Assembly: GCA_903813345.2 (NCBI GenBank)
Contig: CAIIXF020000001.1
Coordinates: 48,856,001-48,920,000 of the forward strand
Direction: 5' to 3'
DNA length: 64,000 bases
From: Owenia fusiformis
Lineage: Eukaryota
Below are positions 51,303 to 64,000 of this stretch, in pieces. Within the stretch, counting starts at the first letter, position 1, and each line of letters begins with the position of its first letter. The notes below the pieces were generated by a model. It saw only the letters and a list, made by a program, of their open reading frames with translations. It made no database searches and was not told where the DNA came from. A program made the position numbers and the translations under genes.

Positions 51303-54300
51303 ATGTTGGGAGGTACTAAAACAATTTCTCATGGCTCTAGCAATAATCGTCATGATGCAATGTATGCTGTGCATGGTGCAGGTGGTAAAAGGCGTCCTGT
51401 TGCCCAGTTACCTCAGGGAAGTAGTGATGAAGAAGACATCAATGATAAATCATTAGAAACAAATAAATCCAAAGCGAACCAATTGACGATTGAGATTCCT
51501 TGCCCAGAATCACCAATATCTCCTATATCCCCTAATTTATCAGCATTGGCTGACCATGACTATGAAAATGTGGCATCGCCAGGTAGTAGCACATCTAGTG
51601 GACCTATATATGTCAGGCCAGCAGGTTTTAAATATCATGGACAGGAGATAAAACAATCAAAGAGTAAAAAGAAGAAAACAATTTCATTAAAAGATGGGCT
51701 AAGAAGAGGGGAACCAATACCACCAAAAGGAAAACCTAGAAGAGGTTGGTTGTTCTGATATTTTGATATAAATAATTTCATTTTTAGGAAGCGATTCCTA
51801 TTGAGAACTCAAGAGTATGGGTTAACAATAGTCATTAAATCATCGCCTGGTAGACACTTTCACATTGCTTGAAATAAAAGGAGTAACCAATGATAGCAGT
51901 ATTTGAAAATACACTGCTATTTAGTCTATAATCTAGATACTGCTAATCTGGTATATATTTATTGCCCAGTCATTGGTGTTACTATAATAGTAGCCAAGTT
52001 ATATGTTAAACATTAAGTGGGATTATTGGATTTAACATGTAACCCATCATAATGTCCATTACAGTTAATCAATAGTAAGTATTGTTCATGTAGTCTAGAA
52101 TGCCTGTTTTCCTAGTAAAAGAGATGAACTGAATTTGAAGAACCATGAAATGTAAATATCTTGAAAATGATTTTATTGAATCAGAGCACTGCATTACAAG
52201 GCAGAAATATGTGTTGAGTATCACTTTATATATTTTGTGAAGGTATAACTATATTATCCGAGTACATGCACCCCCTCCATACATTTAAAGCAAAAGGAAA
52301 TCCCCTTCTACATCACATATTGAAAATATTCATAAAGTTTGTCATAAATTTCCAAATCATTAATAGAGAAACAAAATAAGCATTCAACAGGCTTTAACAG
52401 GCTATGAAATGAAGACTTTAGGTTGTCATACTTGTGGAGGGGAGTGTACATGTACAATCATATATCTGTGAAAGGCCAAACTTCAAGCATGTTTGCATGC
52501 AGAAATCCAAGTTTTCCAGTGGAGTTGTTTAATTATTTACATAACTGTCAACGTAGACAGCAACTCAACTTTTCATCTTTAAAACACCAAAAGCTGATGA
52601 ACTTTGATTCAAATAAACCCAATGATATTTGAGAACTGTGCCAAAAAACAATCTCTTATTTTTTTAAATATGAACAATTTGAAAATAATTTGATATGGAT
52701 TTGAAGTAATGTCTTGAATAGATCTAAAAAGATGAAGTTTAATATGAAATTACACCTTTCCATGACTCAGCATAAATTATATAATAAAAGGTAAAAGTCT
52801 TGATGACATTCTATTGATAAATAAACATATAGCTGTTCAGGTGCCTTTTTGTTTAAGACTTAAATTGTTATCCTTTGAGTTTTTGACAGAGAACATGAAT
52901 GCCACTTGTTAATTTCTACTATTTTGACAGATTAACACATGTTGTTCGTTGATCCATAAATGAATATAATTGAACCCCTTAATGTGTAATTTCCCATTTT
53001 CATCAATATATTCTGTTATTCTTTACCGAGGCTTAGTTTATTAGCAAATTCCTATATTCTCTATGATAGTATAGGTATATATAAATAGGTGTATTGATTG
53101 CTAATATGCAGCACAATCATTATAGAGGAAACTAAATTAGTCGTCTGGTAAATGTCAATGCATACAAGCATATCCTTTTTAACTCATAACCAGTTGGCAT
53201 CATACACATACCTATACCTGCATCTTTTTTTGCTTCATTTAATGAAAGGATATTCTAGATTAAAACAGTTTGTCACGTTTCAAGCATTTCTGTGTGGAAT
53301 TCTCATTACTAAATGTTATGATTTTTCCATTAAGCTAATTCATGATAGGATGCCTTCATAACGCTCTAAGTTATTGCATATTGCTGGTGTATCTACCAGT
53401 CTAGGTAGACTTATTAATTTTCCATTATTTCTATTTGATAATATGTTTGTGGGAAAGTACTCGGTGCCAAGAATATCGTGTAATGATAACCAAATGCTAT
53501 TAACATAGCTACTCAGAAAAGTGATTTATGTTCAAAATGATAAATGAGAGTAGCATTTATTATTCATATGTAATCAGGCAGTATAAATGTATCTAATGTT
53601 TTGTTGATATTGTATTCAGAAACAAAAGGATGAGGATAAACCATTTTTTCTTTCCAGCAAAACAAGTTGACAGTGATAATCAAAATACTTTAAAACTTGT
53701 CTAAGTGGAACACCTTTAGAACCTCTAAAAAGTGGTAAAGTCAGTTGGTCTTGGGACTCTGAAAAGTGTTCCACTTCTAGAGGTGTTCCACTTTACAGGT
53801 TTCACTGTTATTATCATGCTTTCATATATCACTGTTATGCTTTTATTAGACCTACATCCTGATGATAAATTACAATACATTTGTAGATTAAGGTTGCCTA
53901 AATTACAATACATTTGTAGATTAAGATTGCCTAAATTACAATACATTTGTAGATTAAGATTGCCTAAATTACAATACATTTGTAGATTAAGATTGCCTAA
54001 ATTACAATACATTTGTAGATTAAGATTGCCTAAGGTTCTGCCTTTGATTATCTCACTCACTGGATTTGAAATAAATTAAATCTAAAATTAAAGGGGCAGG
54101 ATTACGTATCTGGATATATCCACACAGTCTTTTTGGGAGGGAGTAAAAGTCCATATTTCTTAAAATAAATATTATAATTTTCATTTCAGATCCTTTACCT
54201 ATGAGAATGAGAGCATTGCCTCAGTCATTCTGGAATGAACCAAATCGCACGTTGAATGAATCACCAGCCAATCAGGTGTCCTCTCATGTGCTTCCGCCTC

Positions 54301-56672
54301 TCATGAAGTTTGATGGAAAGAACCCTAGTGAAGACATAATGGGTATGATATATGATAATTGGGTTTCACTTTAACAATAACAATGATACATAGTAGGATA
54401 AGTGGTGTGTCCTTATGAATGTTATTGTTATATTTGTTATGAGTTGGTCAGTCAGGGTCAAAAACTAGGGTTGTAAACATGATCACCCTCTAACATATGC
54501 ACATTCAGTCCATTGCCCAATAGGTAACTCATTTTTCTAAGTTCATTACCAAGTGTGAAAATTGATTGCCATTGGCAGATGTAAAGGTGATATTTCCCAC
54601 CCTCAACCAGGGAGTTAAGGTAGAATATACTGAAAAGTGTGGAGATATATCCTCACATAAATATGGCATTTTTGTTAATTCAGATGTTCGACCTGTCACA
54701 CCTCCTGAGGAAAAAGAACCAAAACCCAAGAAACCAGCTCCTCGTCCCGAGAGATCAGAACGTACCCAAGCTACTGCAAATACAGACTTGTTGTTTAAAC
54801 TTTTTGACTGTGTAGAGGAGAAAAAGACAAAAAAGACAGATCTATATAACACACCCCCATCAAAAACATCTATATTTAGGAGAGGACGGTAAGAGCACAA
54901 TTTGATTTAGATATTTTCTATATTACATGTACTTAGAATAGGGCCTATTTTTAAAAATGTTGAATATCAAGATCCAATATAATAACTATCTTTTATGAGG
55001 TTACTATGGCAACATGGTAAAATAACACAGAACATGTACATGTTAATTGATTACGATAAATACACATTAATGATATATTAAATTAGCATGCATGACATGG
55101 AAATATCCTCTGTGAATGAAGAATAAATTCATAACATCATATCAGCCACAGACCTCTAGAAATTTCATCATCACATAATGCTCTCCAAAGGATATGTTTC
55201 ATTTGGCGAGTGGCTTTTGAAATACATGTACAGCTGTACTCACAAATTTTCTTGGGCACATTATTTTCTGTTGGTTAGTTGGTTTAAGAGAGGCCATGTT
55301 AAGTAATCACAAATACAGTCTCCCATCATCTCCTAAGGGAGAGGTCTCTCAGCTTGATTCTCTCCCACCATGTATCTTAAGTCTCCCTTTTCTCATTTTC
55401 ATATATAGGACAAATCATCATAGAACTTATCTCATTTTTGTATGTAGGACAAATCATTATAGAACTTATCTCATTTTTGTATGTAGGACAAATCATTATA
55501 GAACTTATCTCATTTTTGTATCTAGAACAAATCATTATAGAACTTATCTCATTTTCGTATATAGGACAAATCATTATAGAACTTGTAGTATTGTTCATTA
55601 GACAGTAGACATATCAAGCACGCAATGCACTCTAAATTATTCAGTCCCTAGGCAAGAATAAAAACAATGGATTGGGTACCCACCAACAGGTAACCATACT
55701 AACCAACCAGTACATAAAATATCCAAGGTTACGATTCCAAGGATATATTATTCATAGAAATAGGGGGATATTCATATATACTTGTATTAAGGGGGTTAAA
55801 TTAAAGGTTAAAAAACTTAAAAACTATAGAAATTTGGGTGATGAAGTTTCCTATTACATTAGATTTAGTCAAATAAATACTTTAGGGTGACATTTCAAAC
55901 ACGAGTACAAAGTTATGTTACCTTTGATACACAATGCTTCATAAATTGCCCTTGACTGTTGATATATTCTCAAACATTTTATTTGGAGTTGATCAAGACC
56001 AAATATTTGATGTGGTTACCAAATAAAATCAAGAGTTCAAAGTCCAAAGATTTAGCTTCTGGTCTTTTTTCTTTGAATTAATTTTTTCCAAATTCAATTT
56101 AGTATTTGAAATATAGCACAAAAGCATAAAAAACTACTCTTGTAGAATATGTGCAGTCATTTTGATAAGCACTGGTGCTCACGAAGCATTTCTAAATCTA
56201 TTTACATGTAATAATGTAATGATACGAGGACTATTCAATAAATAATGCCTCTATTATCCTAAATTTTTAATCTCTTTTAATCCAAACTTTACTGAATAAA
56301 ATTACTCTGTATGAACAGTCATGGACGCCACTCATCACGCATGTTTTCGTATATGCATAATACACAAGTGATAATACGCAAGATTCAATGCATTGTTCAT
56401 CATGTTCTTTCAGGCCGCGGAAACTACTTCCCCCTTCCAACACAAAGGGAGTGATCACAGGAGAGGATGCCTGTATGGTTGAAGGAATCTCAGATAAAAT
56501 ATTCCCCAAGTTAAAAAGTGACGGTACTAAAGCAAATGGTGCTTTAGCAAATGGACACCAATCGTTGCAAATCGTGACTGTAAGACAAGGAGATAAGACT
56601 CTGTGTTTGCCTCAATTAGCCATGGAACAAAACTATTCTCAAATGTTATCAGAGTTGGTCATGCACATATAA
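51303..56672 (+). CDS. Uncharacterised 352-aa probably nuclear protein with TEAD omega-loop-like, LxxLF, AT-hook and HCF-binding motifs. Exons 51303-51744, 54190-54342, 54684-54888, 56414-56672
   Basis: Four exons with GT-AG junctions and matching phases (1,1,2) sum to 1059 nt, one open frame from MLGGTK to ...SELVMHI*. Confidence 0.85.
53867..54032. repeat. 33-bp minisatellite, 5 copies
   Basis: AAATTACAATACATTTGTAGATTAAGATTGCCT repeated. Confidence 0.95.
55390..55584. repeat. 39-bp minisatellite, about 5 copies
   Basis: TCTCATTTTTGTATGTAGGACAAATCATTATAGAACTTA repeated. Confidence 0.9.
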
Positions 56673-59511
56673 AAGTGATTTAACAGCAACATCAGATATG
56701 AAATGCTACGGAGTTATGCTCATCTCCGTTAAAAAGAGTGCAAATGCCAAACCGAAGAAGGAAATAGACCAATGTGTGATTATTTGAGTCATGCTTGAGT
56801 CATCTGGCTGATCAATCGCGACAACCACGCATTAGATATCCTTGAAGTGATTTCCCTTCATTCTAGCGAAGGAAAACACTATTGGACTAAGTGAAACCAT
56901 TTACTGAAGAATCCTTTTCAATTTGTACTTTCGGATTTTCGTATGCTCATAAATATTTGTGACCTACAATATTACAACATGAGCAAACGCAAATTGATTG
57001 GATTCAGGCAGAAATGCTAATATGTAATAATAACTCATGCAAACACACACGGTCTATACAAAATCAACATGTACATGTACTCTATACAATTCAAATATTG
57101 TAACAGTCATCATATGGCCTTGCACCAAACTTTATCTATTTGACATGCTCCATGCCGAATTTCAGATCTGGATCTGTGGAAGGTTACAATTTACTATATT
57201 CTCTTCATATATTTGAAAACAGATCGCAATCACATCAAAAAGCCAAAGTTTATGAAGCTTCTGAAGTCACATGTGCACTCATTAGGTGTTAGGGCCTGTG
57301 CACTCTTCAGGTGATAATGGTATATTTTCCAAATAGGGTTATTAACCAAAGGAATTCAAACCATACTATTGTATGTTTTACAACTAAGATTCCGTCCATT
57401 TTGACCATTCCATTATGAACATTGCTCTCACCAGGTTTAGTCCCTGGGCATTTGTGTCACATATAAGGGAAATCAATACCAATGTTATATACACCCCCCA
57501 TCCATACGTTTGGCAACTTAAAATGTTGAAACTCTGCTTATTTTTTAATCTTTAATTTTTTCTTTTATTAAATAGATCAGAAAATGACATATTTGATGAA
57601 TCTGTTAAAATTGTGAAACATACATGTAAATAGGCTTGGACACATGGTCCAAGATGTGATTTCCATTTTCCAGTTGCCAAACTTTGGAGTTGGAGGGTAG
57701 TGTTTATCCATCTATTCTCATGATACACAAAAACATTTAGATGTTCAAAAAGTTTCAGACATTTATTGATGGTGTCCAAACAGGAGGGGTAGATGATGAT
57801 TATTTTGTAAAATGTTCATTTTCAGTTGAAATCAAGTGAGATTTTTTAAATTGAATTGTTTGGGAGAAGTGGGATTAATCTCAAAGGTTAGATTAATTTT
57901 CCATTATTTTTTTGAAAAATAATGCCATTTTGAAAATTGACTGTTATTGCCAGAAATTCACACAAATGATCTCTCTGGGATCCCAGTTTTTGAAAACTAC
58001 CATGGCAACAGAACTGTTTAATGTTGCTGATATCTGTGATATTGATAATGATAGAATGTATTATATGTATATGTTATATATTTTAAATGTATATAATTTA
58101 TTGTACATTAATTGTAGATTCCGAGGAAATGCAATATATTATTGTAGATTCAGATATTTTAATTTTATGAGGACAATGTTGATCATTGTAATATGCATGT
58201 TCATGTTCATGGTAGCTTATTTTGTCTTAACATTCATTCTCCAATCGCAGAGTCCCAGATATCATCCTCTGAAGTCCCTTCCTTCTAAGTGGATATTCCC
58301 AGAGCCTTGTGTTTGGAGAGTGAAAAACACTGTGCCAAGAAATCATACATAAAGTTGTATAAATACATCTAGAAGTTATCCAGTTGTTGGTTGTTATATA
58401 TTGTGTTGAAAAAGTTTATGAAATGGTATATTTGAACATGTATGCAATTATATATTTAAAGGCAGAATCAGACATGTATTCGATTATTTAAAGGTAGAAT
58501 CAGAGGTTGAGAACTTTTAAATTTTCTCAATTTCAGAATCATTTTAGCTCTGAAAATATTGCTGGACATTTTTTCACGCTGTAGCATTCTACTTTTATTT
58601 AAAGTTACATGCTAATAACCAACCAAACCACATGGAAACATACTTTCAGATCAAAATGATCAAACCATGGAAACAGGTTGGGATTGTCCATTGAATATCA
58701 ATACATTAGACAAAGAAAATAAATATTGCGTAAATTACATATTTGCTAAATGCTCATGAAATATCTAATTCTCTCAAAATGTGGTCATTTATTAGTTCAG
58801 AATTCCTATCATACCAGTTAGAGCCCGAGTGCAAAGTTTAGATTTATTTTTTGATCAAATATTGTTCTAACATATTACAGCCATGTATACTTACATAGAA
58901 GTGTAGCAAAATTTATTTTGTGACATTGTGCATACATACATGTTTGGGTGGTGGATACATCACTTTCAAATAGAATGTTATGTTATTGAGTATACTGTTG
59001 TATGTTAATACAAGGGGTGTCCAAAATATATTGGCACATTATTATTGATATCATCGATAATTGAGAGGTTATTTCAGTGATATTTTTGAACACACTTCAT
59101 GATGTAGTCTGCTAAACAAGCATGCTAACTAAATAAATATAAATTGCTCGACTAATGTGCCTCTTTTGTTTCATTCTTCAAAAAAGATGGCTTATCAAGA
59201 AACGATTTAGTTCTGAAATAATGATGTGCAGTATGAAATATTTGATGTTTTACGATTTGTTTTTGAAATTATTGATAGTAATGAAGACAAGATATTGATT
59301 TTAATTACCATTTTCAAATGTGACTGGGTAAGTAAATGTAAGTTAAATGTAGGATCTGTCATGAAAAAGGTGAATAAATTGCAAGCAATAGTCATTATTC
59401 CAACAGTAGCCGATCATAACATTCCATAACATTGACTTTAGACAATCTCTGTAAGTTGTCTGTTCAGATTTTGTTTTCGGAATTATCCATAATCAGGAAA
59501 CATAGCTCTCC

Positions 59512-59630
59512 CATGCAAAATGTCACCACCTGCCATTTGTTACAGATGCCAACAATCAATCACCAACTGCTGAACACCAGCCACAAAAGAGGCTATAACA
59601 ATATGTCACCACTTCTGGTGGTGACATAAA
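59512..59630 (+). mobile_element. Representative of a ~120-170-bp mini-HINE family; other copies at about 1345-1470, 7568-7700, 10776-10940, 35569-35685 (+) and 21262-21385, 23375-23460 (-)
   Basis: Shared AAAATGTCACCACCTGCCATTTGTTACAGA...ACAATATGTCACCA...TGGTGACAT, matching both ends of the 29065-31060 element. Confidence 0.75.
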
Positions 59631-60370
59631 AACTGTATTTGATGTGTGATACTTAACAAAAATACAAATTTTTGGATAATATGTGCACTTTTATTGTTAC
59701 TCATTGGCAATTTGCAGTAAGTATGGCCTTTGAAATTGAAATTCTAAATAAAATGTTTCATAATACATTTTATACTTATTCAAGTACACAGCACGTTTTA
59801 TAAACAGATGGCTTTACTTTTTGCTAAAACCATGGGGATTCTAGATCTGTAAAAAGTCCATGCTATAAGGTGACAAAAATACTAGTTTTTAAAATCGCTT
59901 TAAAATAATTTACATTTTTCTTCTTGCACACTGTATCAATGTATATATAACAACATTTCCCTACAATGCAGGGGTCCATATCTCATATCAAAGTCTCAAT
60001 CAAGAATTAACTAAAATAAAAATATAATATTTGGAACCCTGTATTAGAAGGTATAACAACTAGTGTATATGTTCTAAATGTATTACAAATATATACTATA
60101 TATTGGCCCAAAGAATTTGTCCATGTGAGCTCAATGCAACTTTCATGAAAACATATTTTTAAAAAAGAAAATTTCACTGTTTGAGCTATTATGTCATGTT
60201 TATTATGACTCAAGAGCCTAAATATATGACCACTTAAAGGAATAGTAATAATACATTGGGTCTGTGGTGGAAAATACAGTTTTTATAACACAACACAATA
60301 ATGGACCAATGCACATTCATGCAAAACATATTGGTATCCCTCCCCTGTACATAATTATAAATGACTTATA

Positions 60371-61126
60371 ACAATAAACATTGTCACAACTGAACCATAC
60401 GCCGTCAAAGCCATACACACTGTCATAAACTTACCCATTGTCAGAACCATACACATTGCCATAACCATACATATTGTAATAACCATATTCATTGTCATAA
60501 CCATACAAATTGTCATAACCATGCACATTGTCATAACCATATTCATTGTCATAACCATGCACATTGTCATAACTGTACACATTGTCATAACCATACACAT
60601 TGTCATAACCGTGCACATTGTCATAACCATGCACATTGTCATAACCATACACAATGTCATAACCATGCACATTGTCATAACCATATTCATTGTCATAACC
60701 ATGCACATTGTCATAACTGTGCACATTGTCATAACCATACACATTGTCATAACCATGCACATTGTCATAACCATATACATTGTCATAACCATGCACATTG
60801 TCATAACCATACACATTGTCATAACAATGCACATTGTCATAACCATACACAATGTCATGACCATACACATTGTCATAACCATATACATTGTCATAACCAT
60901 GCACATTGTCATAACTGTGCACATTGTCATAACCATACACATTGTCATAACCATACACATTGTCATAACTGTGCACATTGTCATAACTGTGCACATTGTC
61001 ATAACCATACACATTGTCATAACCATACACATTGTCATAACTGTGCACATTGTCATAACCATGCACATTGTCATAACCATACACAATGTCATGACCATAC
61101 ACATTGTCATAACCATATTCATTGTC
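60371..61126. repeat. 18-bp minisatellite (ACATTGTCATAACCATRC), about 40 copies
   Basis: Directly visible tandem array with recurring variant units, degenerating at the left edge. Confidence 0.95.
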
Positions 61127-62019
61127 TGTACTCTGCTCAAGTTGTTTATATACATATATTACACAGCTGTTTAAAGTTTATTTATAATTCCAGAACAGCT
61201 GATTAGCTATAGTAACAAAAATGGAAATGTCACAATTCTGACAATATCTTGTGCATTTTTACAAAGCAGTTTTAATACTTGATACAATGCTGCACTACAA
61301 GTGCATATAAAGAGTTACATTTACTGCTTTTCTCAATAATTATCAACATGAAAACATTCATAAGCAAACGACCTGTGACAATATGCAACATGTAAAAATC
61401 ATAAGGGTAAAAGTTCTTCCACCGTAAGCATACGCAATTTTGCATGGGTAAAATCCAATGGTGTATTCAGTTCAGTTAATCTTAGTATGGGCTCGTGACC
61501 CTGGTCTTACTTTTACAGGACTCAATGTAAACATTTATTTCATACAAGAATAATGAATTGCACAGGACAAACAGCAATACGAAAAAGGTTACGAATTCTC
61601 ACCAAAAAACAAAACCTACATAAATTCAACATAAATATGAATTTGTTAACAATTTTCAGAGGCAGGAAACTATATATTGTGGTATAAATGTTCATGCAAC
61701 AGAACTATTAAATCATATAAATATCCCACAATATCAAGTTAGCGTGTAAGCCTTCTAAGTACGACACAGTTCACACCGGCTTTATAGTTTCAATACATTA
61801 TGAATATATACAAGATTGTAAGCAAATTTCTAATATAAACTAGTGAGCCATTTCCTCTAGATTTAACAATTAAGGAACAATGAAATGCATCATGCTTTAC
61901 AGCATTATATTCAAATATTACAAGTTTTATTTTCATTCCAAAAGTTTTCAGACCTGTGTACACTGAGCAACAAATTTTAACAAAATTGACGAGAGAGGAA
62001 TGATAAACCACTACTTTGT

Positions 62020-62152
62020 CATTAATAGAAACTTCGAAAAGTTGCGAATTCGTAAATCAATTGTTGTAACCATGGATATAATGATGTCACAGTTACAGAA
62101 TAATGAATTTACGAATTCTTAACTTTACGAAGTTTTTGTTAATGGCCCCCAG
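62020..62152. mobile_element. Degenerate hairpin MITE (CATTAA...TTAATGGCCCCCAG); related copy near 39434-39563
   Basis: Imperfect palindrome centred near 62080. The CTGGGG[A]GCCATTAACA / TGTTAATG[A/G]CCCCCAG ends are shared with the second locus. Confidence 0.5.
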
Positions 62153-64000
62153 GTTAGCAATGTACATTTGAAATAGATGGCACTGTGAATATTTGAACAT
62201 TTAGGAAGAAGCCCTTACCATCTAGAATGACATTTAAAAAATATTGGTCTACATTGTATCATGGCCTTTCAAGAGAAAACCTACGATTGTATACAATATG
62301 TTAAAAATATTTTCAAAAATAATGTTTTTCTCCAAAAAATATATCGAAGCATATATGCACTAAAAATATTTGATGTTCGCGTTGCACTTTAAAACGTCAG
62401 ATAAAATAGTAAGAAATGGAAGGATAGCTGCTATTGTGTGATGACTTCTTACTATTAATAACACACCCATGAAAACAAGTCAGGCAATTTTTTTTATTTA
62501 CTTTGCATTAAGAGCCATGGTATACTGAAAAATCTATGCCCTACATTACATTTACAAAGGGTTTGACTGTTTCTTAAGTAGTGACTTCTCACTCTGACCA
62601 TGTTCTAATGTGGATCCTTTTGAAACCATTTTTTATGAAATATTGATAACATTGTAACTAAGAAGAGGGAAAACCCTAGGGTTCACAGAAGACAATATGC
62701 CTATAATGTAAATGTGTGTAGAGAAGACATATCAACCTTGATTGGTCAAATCGACAGACAAATGATGTCATTCATGAGTGGTTACAAAATTTTCTAAAAT
62801 CGCTTCAAATAATATTATGTGAATTTCTGTAGTGTTCACCAATATCATAACTTGTTCTTTCACATCAAGATAAAGAAAGATGTAAGGAATATGCAGACAT
62901 CAATTAAAACATCTCAACGACATGTGGTATTCAGAAACTAGCAGGTGAAAATTTGGACAAACGAAAGTGGTAAGCAAGAGACGTAATCATGTCTGTCATC
63001 TCTCAGTTCTGGGGTTTTCCCTCCTCTTATTGTGACTACGATTAAATTCCCAACTTTTTGCATTCAGACAATTACAAGACTTCATTTATTACTCATTGTA
63101 GCAAAATTAAACATTGCGTCCATATGAACTATAAAATCGATGAGTTCAAATTGTGTATCCCTTCTCAAAAAGATATTCAATATGGTAAATCCACTGCGTA
63201 AAACTGCATTATGGAAAAATTCTCTTGTATATAATATTTACACATATTTACAGTATATGCATAAAATGCTAAAAACTTGGTGTAAATGTATGGATTAGAC
63301 GTATAGATATGATTCTATTGTACTGTAGTTAAATGTCTCGAGTCACTGCTTTACATCAGGTTGCTGTCTAAATGCTTCAGATATTTATTCTCCACCAACT
63401 TGGGCATAATTTTGTGTCTGGAATTACAAACAAGGCACATCATGAGAGAAATAAATGAAATCACACCACCTAGAAAAAACCTCATGAGGAATTGTAGAGC
63501 ATCGTCATCTTGATTCACAAGGTTTTATTTGTTTCTATCTCAAAACCCAGTGGAAAGCGATGATGGAGCTTCGTACAATCTTACATTTGTTTTAATTTGT
63601 AGTAAATCAGTTGAGCAGTTTTCTAGAAATCACATTTCAACAGTGTTCTCCCTCCCTAAAAAAAATTTCAACTGGGTGCTTACTTCACTCATTTTTCAAA
63701 TCAGAAGTTGAAGTGCAGGGTGTCAACTAGGGTAGGGGGGGGGGGGCTTTGGTTTCAAGTAGGAGGGCTCCCGGTAAAAGTGACATGGGGAGATCACTGC
63801 ATTACAAAAAAAAAACTATTCATTTGATAAATATTCAAAATGGTCATCTAGATGACAAGAAATATTCTAAAATGATACTCCTGTTCACATATGTAATGTT
63901 ATTATAATCTGACCTTGTATTCTGATAACAAAGAAATCTCAAATTTAACGAGTGAAGATCTCCAAAATGGTAAAATCCACAAACCTGATTGGCATCAGCA

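Noticed and set aside
53610..53705. Possible extra exon in intron 1 of the 352-aa gene (two AG acceptors)
   Set aside because: No convincing donor before in-frame stops; exons 1 and 2 join in phase without it.
53725..54079. Repetitive ORFs on both strands (LQYICRLRLPK / NLQMYCNLG)
   Set aside because: Produced by the 33-bp intronic minisatellite.
54190..54342. Calling the omega-loop gene YAP/yorkie or FAM181
   Set aside because: No WW domains and a different motif order from YAP; no recognisable FAM181 similarity outside the motif. Gene symbol left blank pending a search.
55296..55601. Repetitive ORFs (RTNHYRTYLIFV)
   Set aside because: Produced by the 39-bp intronic minisatellite.
57912..58352. 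146-aa hydrophobic ORF
   Set aside because: AT-rich low-complexity sequence downstream of the 352-aa gene, starting at a non-ATG codon, with no recognisable motif.
60355..61174. Three overlapping 217-266-aa ORFs (MVMTMC, YGYDNV, HIVIT repeats)
   Set aside because: Artefact of an 18-bp minisatellite (multiple of 3) open in several frames on both strands; no splice or signal context.

Overview
AT-rich, intron-rich animal genomic DNA; the repeat families and the intronless SMB-domain GPCR suggest a mollusc or other lophotrochozoan (inference). I reconstructed four spliced genes by hand from GT-AG junctions and reading phase: an espin/forked-like ankyrin gene (minus strand, 5' part, running off the left edge), ERCC8/CSA (+, 5 coding exons, head-to-head with espin), HDAC3 (-, 12 coding exons, 432 aa) and an unrecognised 4-exon, 352-aa gene (+, divergent from HDAC3). 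HDAC3 intron 5 hosts two intact antisense single-ORF genes: a 387-aa glycosyltransferase-like type II membrane protein and a 916-aa somatomedin-B/7TM family-B-like GPCR. The best novelty candidate is the 352-aa protein. Once spliced it carries a YAP/FAM181-type TEAD omega-loop motif, a downstream LxxLF helix (reverse of the YAP order), an AT-hook formed across a splice junction and a DHDY HCF-1-binding motif. The rest is non-autonomous DNA transposons (Helentron/HINE-like with satellite cores, hAT, Tc1/mariner, and a CAC-ended MITE with 5-bp TSDs), a decayed Penelope-like remnant and minisatellites. All family assignments are from recalled sequence knowledge; no searches were run.
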